Source: a bacterium (GTDB taxonomy: Bacteria > Hinthialibacterota > Hinthialibacteria > Hinthialibacterales > Hinthialibacteraceae). From it: a DNA stretch of 64,000 bases. The stretch covers positions 1,472,001 to 1,536,000 of the forward strand of contig CAXXMV010000006.1 in NCBI GenBank assembly GCA_963662285.2, written 5' to 3'. Positions 49,227-57,723 of the stretch are shown here, one piece after another. Numbering within the stretch: the stretch's first letter is position 1; each line of letters starts with the position of its first letter. Under the pieces are notes generated by a model. The model was not told the origin of the DNA, did not search any database, and was given only the letters and a program-made list of their open reading frames with translations. A program made the position numbers and the translations under genes.

Positions 49227-51485
49227 ATGTCTGAAACTGTATTTACAAAAGTCGATTATGATCTGGGCTCATTGATTAAGTATATCGGATTAGGAGAAAT
49301 TGGTCTTCCAGATATTCAGCGGCCTTTTGTCTGGAAGAATGCCAAAGTTCGCGATCTGTTCGATTCCATGTATAAAGGTTACCCAGTGGGTTATCTGCTG
49401 TTTTGGCAAAATGGGCAGGCCGATGCTTCCCGAACCATCGGAGTCGACAATAAACAGAAACCGCCCCGTTTGGTGATCGTAGATGGCCAGCAACGCCTGA
49501 CTTCTTTGTATGCCGTCGTCAAAAACATTGCCATTTTGCGGGATAACTTTGAAAGCGAACCTATCCAGATTGCCTTCAATCCACTGGAAGAAAATTTTGA
49601 AGTGGCCGACGCGGCCATTTGTAGAGACAAGTCATTTATCCCGGATATCTCTGTTTTGTGGAGTGCGGATGCAAAGATAACCCGGATTATTCGAGACTAC
49701 CTTGAGAATCTGCGGACGAGTCGTGAAATAAGTGAAGACGCAGAGTTGGAGATAGAAGACCGAATTCTAAAACTTCAGGGATTGCTGAGTTTCCCGTTTA
49801 CCGCTCTAGAACTGGCATCAGATATTGATGAAGAGGCAGTATCGGATGTGTTCGTACGAATCAACAGCAAAGGAACACCGCTAAATCAGGCCGATTTCAT
49901 TTTGACTCTAATGTCGGTATTTTGGGACGAAGGGCGCGCTGCCCTGGAGCGTTTCTGTCGCGAATCTCGTCAACCTGCGAAAGGCACAGCGTCCTCGTAT
50001 AACTATTTTATTAAACCGTCCCCCGATCAGTTGTTGCGAGTAGGTGTGAGCGTCGCATTCAAACGCGCCAGATTGAAATACGTGTACTCGATATTACGGG
50101 GCAAGGATCTTGAAACCGAACAATTCAGCCCCGAACTCAGGGAACAACAATTTGAACGTCTAAAGAATGCCCAAGAACGTGCGCTGAATCTCCAACACTG
50201 GCACGACTTCATGAATTGTATTCGTCAAGCCGGGTTTCGCAGTGAAAAAATGATCAGTTCACAGAACAATCTGATGTTTGCCTATTCACTCTATCTGATT
50301 GGTCGTACGGAATACAAGGTACCCGAGTTCAAACTTCGACGAGCGATCGCTCGCTGGTTCTTTATGTCGGCTGTCACAGGCCGCTTTACCGGCTCGCCGG
50401 AATCAGTCATGGAATCCGATCTCGCACGGTTCCGTGACGTAGATACCGACGAGGGATTCATGAAAATTCTCAACCAAATCTGCGACATCACACTCACCAA
50501 TGATTTCTGGGCAGTTTCTCTACCGAATGATCTTGCCACCTCATCATCCCGCAGCCCTTCACTGTTCGCCTATTATGCAGCGCTGGTAATGCTGGATGCG
50601 CGAGCGTTATTCTCCAAAATCAAGGTGGCCGATCTACTAGATCAGTCCATTCAGGCTAATCGTGCCGCCTCAGAACGACACCATCTGTTTCCTAAGAGTT
50701 ACCTTGGTAAACAGGGTATGAAAACTCCCCGTGATACAAATCAGATTGCTAATTTCGCGCTTGTAGAATGGGGCGACAATACGACTATTTCCGATCAGGC
50801 GCCTTTGGATTACGTGCCTGCAATGAAGGCGCGATTCAGTCAGGCAGAACTTGAGCAGATGTATCGATTTCATGCTTTACCGCCAAACTGGGAGCATCTG
50901 GATTACCGGAAATTTCTAGAGAAACGTCGCGAACTGATGGCGCAAGTGATCGCCGAGGGCTACGCGACCCTTCTGACCGTGGAAAACAAGAAAGATATAG
51001 CCGCAGCAGAGTTTGATCTGTCAAAGGTCATTTTGAACGGCGAATCCGAAGCAGTGGAGTTCAAGTCTACCTTACGCACTAACATGCACACAGGCGATAA
51101 AGACCCACGTATGGAATTGGCTGTGCTTAAGACTCTGGCTGGTTTTTTGAATACAAATGGCGGTATGTTAGTTATAGGTGTTTCGGATGATGGTAGCCCA
51201 GTTGGTATTCAGGCTGATGAATTTGAAAATGAAGACAAGATGAGTTTGCATCTTGTAAATATTGTCAAATCCCGTTTGGGAATACAAGCCATGATTTCTC
51301 TTCATATTAATTTTGACGATCGCAACAAATATCGTGTTATGGTAGTGAAATGCAATAAATCTCCTACGCCTGTTTTTGTTAAGGATGGCAACAATGAACG
51401 TTTTTATATTCGTACAGGGCCATCCACAACTGAGTTGAGTCCCAGCCAGACTCCTGAATATATCAAACAGAGGTTTATTGCATGA
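49227..51485 (+). CDS. GmrSD-like DUF262-HNH protein fused to a C-terminal Schlafen/AlbA_2 domain
   Basis: DUF262 motifs PDIQRPFVW, DGQQRLT, FVRIN. HNH-like ERHHLFPK..NQIANF..N. AlbA_2 GESEAVEFKS..AGFLNTNGG.LVIGV.DDG...GI..FYIRTGPST. AAGGAGG SD. Confidence 0.88.
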   Translation: MSETVFTKVDYDLGSLIKYIGLGEIGLPDIQRPFVWKNAKVRDLFDSMYKGYPVGYLLFWQNGQADASRTIGVDNKQKPPRLVIVDGQQRLTSLYAVVKNIAILRDNFESEPIQIAFNPLEENFEVADAAICRDKSFIPDISVLWSADAKITRIIRDYLENLRTSREISEDAELEIEDRILKLQGLLSFPFTALELASDIDEEAVSDVFVRINSKGTPLNQADFILTLMSVFWDEGRAALERFCRESRQPAKGTASSYNYFIKPSPDQLLRVGVSVAFKRARLKYVYSILRGKDLETEQFSPELREQQFERLKNAQERALNLQHWHDFMNCIRQAGFRSEKMISSQNNLMFAYSLYLIGRTEYKVPEFKLRRAIARWFFMSAVTGRFTGSPESVMESDLARFRDVDTDEGFMKILNQICDITLTNDFWAVSLPNDLATSSSRSPSLFAYYAALVMLDARALFSKIKVADLLDQSIQANRAASERHHLFPKSYLGKQGMKTPRDTNQIANFALVEWGDNTTISDQAPLDYVPAMKARFSQAELEQMYRFHALPPNWEHLDYRKFLEKRRELMAQVIAEGYATLLTVENKKDIAAAEFDLSKVILNGESEAVEFKSTLRTNMHTGDKDPRMELAVLKTLAGFLNTNGGMLVIGVSDDGSPVGIQADEFENEDKMSLHLVNIVKSRLGIQAMISLHINFDDRNKYRVMVVKCNKSPTPVFVKDGNNERFYIRTGPSTTELSPSQTPEYIKQRFIA

Positions 51486-51514
51486 CCCCACCCACTGGCT
51501 ATACTGAAGATGCT
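51482..51514 (+). pseudogene. Putative N-terminal relic of a type I restriction subunit (hsdR), cut by a REP-like element
   Basis: ATGA overlap with the upstream stop and an AGAGG SD. Reads MTPPTGYTEDA, resembling HsdR starts of the Y(S/T)ED.LVEQPA type as I recall them. A degenerate REP begins at the next codon. Confidence 0.5.
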
Positions 51515-51546
51515 GGGTACCATAGGCAAGACCCCAATGTGGTCTC
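51514..51546 (+). repeat. Degenerate GGGTG-family REP
   Basis: TGGGTACCATAGGCAAGACCCCAATGTGGTC matches the 39715 copy at 26 of 31 positions. Confidence 0.65.
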
Positions 51547-51600
51547 ACTTACTAACATGTAAGACTGTGTTTATGAGATATCCAAGAGGAGAGTTGTGAA

Positions 51601-51802
51601 ATGAATGCCATGCAAAAACAGACGCTGGGACATCTGAAATCAAAGTTATCCGAGTTTTATCAAGACCGTCTTGAAAGTCTTTATCTGTTTGGATCGCAAG
51701 CCAGGGAGACAGCTGAAGCTGAGTCGGATATTGATGTCATAGTTGTTTTGAAATGGCAGGATGATTGTAAGGTTTGAACGAATTGTTATTACAAAGGTTG
51801 CA
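51601..51802 (+). pseudogene. Minimal nucleotidyltransferase (MNT) fragment, frameshifted and truncated
   Basis: 58 codons to the TGA at 51775-51777 with LYLFGSQARETAEAESDIDVIVVL (GS..R.....SD.D). A shifted frame continues FERIVITKVAS into the REP at 51803. Not in the ORF track. Confidence 0.8.
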
Positions 51803-51852
51803 TCAAGGGCTGACCGCAATGCGGTCTTGCCCTTGCCACCCGTCACCCGTCA
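51803..51852 (-). repeat. Reverse GGGTG-family REP with a 7-bp CCCGTCA duplication
   Basis: Identical to 41715-41757, followed by a second CCCGTCA. Confidence 0.8.
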
Positions 51853-51897
51853 AAGCGCCAGCGTGTCCCAGCGATTGTGCATTAAATTTGTTCCTAA

Positions 51898-52122
51898 TTA
51901 TTTCAAGTAATCTAAGAATTCATCAACAGTAATCCCTGCTTGACGGATGATTGAACGCAAGGTTCCTTTATCTATTACGTTATGATCTGGAACAACAACG
52001 AGGGAATAAGGTTCATCTCTGCGCATAATAATATGGCTTCCATGCTGTCGTTTGATGTTAAAGCCCTTTTTTGCAAGCGCTTTAACACATTCACGGCCAG
52101 ATAATACGGGCAGTACGCTCAT
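51898..52122 (-). CDS. hicA: HicA-family toxin (mRNA interferase)
   Basis: SGRE.VKAL...GF...RQ.GSH..M, V.VPDH, GTLRSIIRQAG. Confidence 0.92.
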   Translation of the reverse strand: MSVLPVLSGRECVKALAKKGFNIKRQHGSHIIMRRDEPYSLVVVPDHNVIDKGTLRSIIRQAGITVDEFLDYLK

Positions 52123-52328
52123 ACGGCAACCAAAATTGCATTAAAGTGATCTTCCGGGATGGGACGGTTATCTTCTTCCAATACTGCGATGTAGCCCTGA
52201 ATGGCTTCTTTGATGTTATTGATTGCATCTTCCTTGGATTGCCCTTGGCTCACGCAACCCGGTAGGCTGGGACATTCCGCCACCCAAAAGCCATCTTCTC
52301 CAGGGTAAATTAGAACTTGTCTCATCAT
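52119..52328 (-). CDS. hicB: HicB-family antitoxin, short form without a DNA-binding domain
   Basis: EDG.WVAECPSLPGCVSQG.S.E.AI.NIKEAI..Y. ATGA overlap with hicA. Start at 52328 or 52325 after a GAGAGG SD. Confidence 0.9.
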   Translation of the reverse strand: MMRQVLIYPGEDGFWVAECPSLPGCVSQGQSKEDAINNIKEAIQGYIAVLEEDNRPIPEDHFNAILVAV

Positions 52329-52377
52329 CAACCTCTCTAGCATTTATTATTCTATTATAGTACAAAATAACGAAATC

Positions 52378-53811
52378 CTACGGAAATATCCCTTTATCCA
52401 CATAGAACTGGGCGATTTTCCGGATTGATTCAATGAATGCGGCGGTTCGTAGGTCTATGTTATCATTCACGCTTTTAAGCGTATCGCGGATGTGGTTGTA
52501 GGATGACATCATGGTCTCTTCGAGTCCCGCGTATACCAGGTCTTTTTCGCTGGCGCCGTAGCCCATTTGTTTGACATGTTCGGGAGTTATTTTCTCGCCG
52601 AACAAATCTTGCAGCGTACTTAATATGCTGCTGTGAAAGTTATCATCAAAGCGTTTGGTCATACGCCCGAAGCGGACGTGGGATAAATTCTTGACCCACT
52701 CAAAATAGGATACGGTCACCCCCCCGGCGTTTAGGTAAATGTCGGGGATTATCATGACTCCTTTATTATGCAGGTATTCATTGGCGTAGGCGGAGATCGG
52801 GCCGTTGGCTGCTTCTGCTATTATTTTGGCTTTGATCCGCTCAGCATTATCTATGGTAATCTGATTTTCCATCGCAGCTGGAATAAGGATATCGCATTCC
52901 ATTTCCAGGCCAATGCTTCTATCAGGAAGATTTTCGGCGTCGGGGAAATCGAGAATTGATTCTGTCGCTTTACGGTGTTCGATCACCTTTTCAATGTCTA
53001 ATCCATTGGGATTATAGATGGCGCCTTCATATTCACTTATGCAAATAATTTTGGCGCCAGCCTCATGAAAGAAATGCGTCGCGTGATAACCCACATTGCC
53101 CACTCCCTGGATGATAACCGTCTTGCCTTCTATGCCTGTAGCAAGACCCAGTTTATCCATGTCATCCTGGAAACTACATGCATGGCGCGTGCCATAAAAG
53201 ACGCCTAATCCGGTCGCTTCAGCGCGGCCATCTACTCCCCCCAAACTGACGGGTTTCCCTGTGACGCAGCCGATGGCGTCCAACTCATGCACCGCGAGAG
53301 TAGTATAGGTATCGACGATCCAGGCCATCTCTTGCGGACCGGTTCCGAAATCGGGCGCCGGGACGTCTGAACTGGGACCGATGAAATTCTTTCTATACAA
53401 CTCGAAGGTATACCGGCGGGTTATGCGTTCCAATTCGGATTCAGAATACATATGTTTGGATATTTTGACGCAGCCCTTGGCGCCTCCAAAAGGGACGTCA
53501 ACCACGGCGCATTTATAACTCATCAGCGCGGCCAGCGCGGTAACTTCATCTTCATTGACGTTAGCGGCGAAGCGGATGCCGCCTTTAGTCGGTAATATAT
53601 GATGACTATGCTCCGCCCGCCAGGCATGGATAACCTCTATGGTTCCATTATCGCGTTCAAGTGGAAAGGTTATGTGATAAACGTTACTACAACTCTTAAC
53701 CTGTTCTAAAAGCCCTGGCTCAAAATTGGTGTAACGGGCGGCTTTATCGAAATTCCAGTTGACCTGCTCGAAAAATTTCAGTTCACCTGACATAGTCACA
53801 TCCTTATACAT
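52378..53811 (-). CDS. gdhA: Glutamate dehydrogenase
   Basis: PTKGGIRF, KCAVVDVPFGGAKG, VPAPD, VTGKP..LGG..GR.EATG.G, QGVGNVG, NAGGVTVSYFEW.KN. Confidence 0.93.
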   Translation of the reverse strand: MYKDVTMSGELKFFEQVNWNFDKAARYTNFEPGLLEQVKSCSNVYHITFPLERDNGTIEVIHAWRAEHSHHILPTKGGIRFAANVNEDEVTALAALMSYKCAVVDVPFGGAKGCVKISKHMYSESELERITRRYTFELYRKNFIGPSSDVPAPDFGTGPQEMAWIVDTYTTLAVHELDAIGCVTGKPVSLGGVDGRAEATGLGVFYGTRHACSFQDDMDKLGLATGIEGKTVIIQGVGNVGYHATHFFHEAGAKIICISEYEGAIYNPNGLDIEKVIEHRKATESILDFPDAENLPDRSIGLEMECDILIPAAMENQITIDNAERIKAKIIAEAANGPISAYANEYLHNKGVMIIPDIYLNAGGVTVSYFEWVKNLSHVRFGRMTKRFDDNFHSSILSTLQDLFGEKITPEHVKQMGYGASEKDLVYAGLEETMMSSYNHIRDTLKSVNDNIDLRTAAFIESIRKIAQFYVDKGIFP

Positions 53812-53814
53812 TCA

Positions 53815-55593
53815 TTATTGTAATTCAATAATGCTCCATATACCCTGATTCGTCATGGATAAACTTATGACGTCGCCATCAGTTGTTATCTTCAAATTAC
53901 GGCTCTCACTATTGGGTGAATGAATCGTTGCCTTGCTTATAGTTCTCGCGCCGAAAATCTTCTTGGATATTTGTACTGTAGCAGATATCGGCGTTATCGA
54001 ATCATTATCAAAGTCATAATTTTGATTGAGAACATGACACACAATAGGCGCCTTGTCATCTTCAGTATTATATCGCAGGGAAACACGCAGATCATTTTCT
54101 GTTTTACAGCGGATATCTGTTTTCAAAGACTGGGGAAGCGAGTCGATATTCTTACACTCAATAACTTGCGCTTTTAACTTATTCAACCATTCGGCTTTGG
54201 CTAAAGTCATGGGATGTACCAAGATTGAATCAATTCCCGCCAGTTGCTTCATGTCCGGCTTGGTTGATGCATCAGCCATATAAACGATCCTATGTGGAAT
54301 GTTGGCATCGGTCATTTGTATGCATAATTTTTTAGTCGCGTTGAAATCATCGTTACTGCAAATAACGGCTGTCCTGGTCAGCGATTTATATCCATCAAAA
54401 AGCGCTTTGTTCTTCTGCACAAATTGGTATAGATCAGCAAAATCCTCTGGTTTTCCATTATACCAATGGGTTCCCAGTTCTTTGGTATAACACCATTGCC
54501 GGTGGGGAACCATAAAGACGCTGCCGAAAGCGTAGGTCTGGGCTATCCATGCCCTGACAAATCCCGGTTTATCATTGGCTTTGATCCAGGCCCAGTCCTG
54601 ACCCGATGCGGTAGCCGTCTGCCGGTCGCCCAAGGCTTCCACCATGCGGTAGACGAATACCGGTTGCGCATTGACTTTTTTACTCGCTGCATCCTGGGGA
54701 ATCTCGCCGCAGAAATAGTCAATAATAGGGGAGGGAATAACAGTTCGCGGCGACGAGGCGCTCGAATTGACGCTGCGCACCAGGGCTTTGCCGCGGATTT
54801 TCTCCGCATATTCATAGACCTCAGTGATGCGAATCTTCATCTGCTCATTTTGAAAATCCTGAAATTCTCCACGCAGTGGGATGGTATGCGCTTTATGCTT
54901 AAAGTCATCAGCCGAAAATCCTTTGCCTCTTAAGAATTTCCCATAATCAAAATCATCAATATTAGTGACGCCATAATCTTTAAGTTCTTCTTTGGACTTA
55001 TTCTGCTTGAGATATTCTCTGAAACCTTTCATGCAATGAACGCAAAAGCAACCTCCCATATAGGAACTGCAATTTGAAGAACCGCCGTAATCATCTATAT
55101 GCAAGCCATCTATTGGCGCCAGGCAGGCGCGTTTGGCTTGATCGAGAAAAAACTTTTGATATGAGGGATTATTCGAGCAAAACCAATAAGATGGATGGCC
55201 TTTGTGTTTATGATCCCACAACCAGGGAACGCATATTGCGTTGCCTTCCAGATCAAGGCTGATGGCTTCTTTGAAATTATCCGGCGCGAAATCGATATAC
55301 CCGCCAAAATCAACTAAAAAGTTAACGCTGCCGCAATACCTCATTCCCCGCTTATGAGCTTCAGCAACGCGTTTATTAAAACTCTCAACGCTCTTCTGAT
55401 CGCGCGAATTGCATAAGCCTCCCCAGCCAACCACCGTTCCCGAATAGTCGTCATACTGCTTAGGAGAACTGGCTGCATACATAAAAACAACATCGCTGGC
55501 ATGAATCGAAGGACGCTCTTCGGCATGCGCCAGGGTAAATCCCATTAGGCTGATGACGGATAAAACAAAGACGTGTTTTATAGAAGGTTTCAT
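53815..55593 (-). CDS. Secreted hypothetical protein, possible TIM-barrel glycoside hydrolase
   Basis: Signal peptide from MKPSIKH, IDGLHIDD, GGCFC.HC..GFREYL. Confidence 0.6.
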   Translation of the reverse strand: MKPSIKHVFVLSVISLMGFTLAHAEERPSIHASDVVFMYAASSPKQYDDYSGTVVGWGGLCNSRDQKSVESFNKRVAEAHKRGMRYCGSVNFLVDFGGYIDFAPDNFKEAISLDLEGNAICVPWLWDHKHKGHPSYWFCSNNPSYQKFFLDQAKRACLAPIDGLHIDDYGGSSNCSSYMGGCFCVHCMKGFREYLKQNKSKEELKDYGVTNIDDFDYGKFLRGKGFSADDFKHKAHTIPLRGEFQDFQNEQMKIRITEVYEYAEKIRGKALVRSVNSSASSPRTVIPSPIIDYFCGEIPQDAASKKVNAQPVFVYRMVEALGDRQTATASGQDWAWIKANDKPGFVRAWIAQTYAFGSVFMVPHRQWCYTKELGTHWYNGKPEDFADLYQFVQKNKALFDGYKSLTRTAVICSNDDFNATKKLCIQMTDANIPHRIVYMADASTKPDMKQLAGIDSILVHPMTLAKAEWLNKLKAQVIECKNIDSLPQSLKTDIRCKTENDLRVSLRYNTEDDKAPIVCHVLNQNYDFDNDSITPISATVQISKKIFGARTISKATIHSPNSESRNLKITTDGDVISLSMTNQGIWSIIELQ

Positions 55594-55712
55594 ATTATGC
55601 TTTCTCCCAATAGTAAAACTATCCAAAATATTTTAATCTATTAATATTACTGTTTCTTAGTTATACCATATTAGATGATTAAAATAAGATATCACTAGAG
55701 TGGAGCGCTCAA

Positions 55713-56486
55713 ATGAAAAAAATAATTCTATCAATATCTTTAATTCTATCTTGTGCTTTTCCTGGTTTCGCCAAATCCGTTTTGATCATTGCGGATGAAT
55801 GGCCGCAAATGGAAATCTTGGCGGAGTATCTCAAGACTGAGGGTAAATTCAAGGTTCAATCAGTCGAACAAACCGGGATACCCAAACGCATATCCTCAAA
55901 CAGGGCTGTTTTTATGTTCATTCATAAAGACCTTAATCAAGACGCCGCATTACAGATGATCGATTATGCAAAAAATGGAGGGAAATTAATTGTCATGCAC
56001 CACGGCATATCTTCCGCCAAGCGAAAGGTTCCTCAATGGTTCGATCTTCTAGGCGTCCATCTACCAACCAAAGAAGAAGAACCGGATAACTATTATACCT
56101 ATCAGCATGAGGTTGATTACCATATCGTAAATCTTCGTCCATCGCATTACATCACAACCAATAAAATCCTATGGCCGGATACTATAGAGTATCAATCATC
56201 CGATGCGCCTAGTCGTTATGCGCAAACGCCTGCCATGATCTTTGAAAATTCAGAAATATTCATGAATCATAATTTCAAAGATGGCCGTGAAAAAACCGTC
56301 CTGCTTGGCTTTCATCATAAGAATCCTAAAACGGGAAAAATAATTATGCAGGATCGAGGCGGTTGGTATAAGAAAGCTGGGAAGGGATGGGTATTCTATT
56401 TCCAACCAGGACACCTGACATCTGATTTTCAACAACCATATTGCCAGATGCTATTAAACTGCCTGAACTGGAAACCGGGGAAATAA
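55713..56486 (+). CDS. ThuA-like (class I glutamine-amidotransferase-like fold) secreted protein
   Basis: Signal peptide, GG.LIV.HH, GKG.VFYFQPGH. Confidence 0.75.
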   Translation: MKKIILSISLILSCAFPGFAKSVLIIADEWPQMEILAEYLKTEGKFKVQSVEQTGIPKRISSNRAVFMFIHKDLNQDAALQMIDYAKNGGKLIVMHHGISSAKRKVPQWFDLLGVHLPTKEEEPDNYYTYQHEVDYHIVNLRPSHYITTNKILWPDTIEYQSSDAPSRYAQTPAMIFENSEIFMNHNFKDGREKTVLLGFHHKNPKTGKIIMQDRGGWYKKAGKGWVFYFQPGHLTSDFQQPYCQMLLNCLNWKPGK

Positions 56487-56649
56487 TATGACGCAGAGAG
56501 AAATGACGCAAACTCATAATCCGCATAGTTTCATGAATCTATTAAGGTTGGTTGGTTTAACCCTTCTAACGGTTGCAGTATATGTCGCCCTCAAAATACA
56601 GGGCAAATTGAAAATGTAAATTCAGTCAATTAAAACAATCCACCAAAGC

Positions 56650-56678
56650 GTAGGATGGGTCGGCCTTATCGACCCATC
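56650..56678 (+). repeat. GTAG-REP-like hairpin
   Basis: GTAG GATGGGTCG-GCCTTAT-CGACCCATC. Confidence 0.7.
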
Positions 56679-56706
56679 AAAAATCCACCCCAACTAACAC
56701 TCCCCA

Positions 56707-57342
56707 CTACTCAGCCGCCTCAAAGTATACTATAGGAGTGTTAATTTCTTGAAAAACCAGACGGAAATCCTTGCCAAATGTTTCTAAAAATAAACTTTTT
56801 TTCCGGTCAACTGCATTTAATTCCTCAACGCATGGAAAATCTGAATCGGCTTTGAATGTATAAGCCCCATTGGCCTGGATGCATTCAATATCCCTGATGC
56901 GCGTCTCATGTCCCGTATCCAGCCCATCAGCAATCCGTAAAAAGGAAGCCAGTTTTCTCACTACCAACTGATCTTCAGGTGAAAGAAGAACAAACAGGGA
57001 ATGAGAATGCTTAGGTAAAGATCTACGATGGTATCTTACAATATTGGCGAGCATCCTTAATTCTCTATCATCAAAAGCAGGAAGATTGCTATTTAGAATA
57101 ATCCTCATCGAGTGTTTATGATGAGATTTTCTTGAAATACTCCACCCGATATCATGCAGAAAAGCGGCGCTTTCTAATAGGGTGCGTTCTTCAATTCCTA
57201 ATTCATGAAGTGATGTTAACTGATCAAAAAGGGCCATTGATAGTTTTGTTACATGAAGAGAATGCGAAACTTCATGACCAATAGACTCTAATAATTCTCT
57301 CGCTTGAATGGTTTTGGATTTTAATCCATCAAAGGACGGCAT
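56707..57342 (-). CDS. Stand-alone HD domain of the Ppx/GppA C-terminal type
   Basis: H..HV..L...LFD, AA.LHDIG..I....HHKHS..II, RYHR, LRIADGLD. Confidence 0.85.
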   Translation of the reverse strand: MPSFDGLKSKTIQARELLESIGHEVSHSLHVTKLSMALFDQLTSLHELGIEERTLLESAAFLHDIGWSISRKSHHKHSMRIILNSNLPAFDDRELRMLANIVRYHRRSLPKHSHSLFVLLSPEDQLVVRKLASFLRIADGLDTGHETRIRDIECIQANGAYTFKADSDFPCVEELNAVDRKKSLFLETFGKDFRLVFQEINTPIVYFEAAE

Positions 57343-57723
57343 TATCTATGTTCCTCAAAGAAGTGCATGTGATGCATAAAGCCAGCTTGCGTGATAGTCC
57401 AATATTGGATGTCATTTGACATCATTCAGTAATACTATATCTTGATTTTTTGGTTTGTCATTAAAAATTTTCTTCATTAATACTACATTTAAGCAACTGC
57501 ATATTATAGTATTTACATTTCTTTCTAACAAAAGGTTAACACAAATATTACGAAACACCCACATTTTTTATTCAATTAAAAAATATCTTTATAAAAAGAG
57601 AAATTACATGATTAAACCTGAATGAAAGTTATAATGAGACATCGCAATCTCTTAATTGATTATTTTATTATTCAATGTAATATTTGCAAATCCCTATGAG
57701 ATAATTAAGAGGAGAATATAAAA

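Noticed and set aside
51646-51846. 66-aa minus-strand ORF
   Set aside because: It is antisense to the MNT fragment and starts within a REP.
37286-51852. Integron cassette array (co-oriented genes separated by hairpins)
   Set aside because: The hairpins lack paired RYYYAAC/GTTRRRY boxes and occur in both orientations. Several genes are large and operonic, and there is no integrase.
56563-56610. attC-like left end (TTCTAACGGTTGCAGTATATG)
   Set aside because: I found no complementary right arm or GTTRRRY core, so it is at most a fragment and unsupported.
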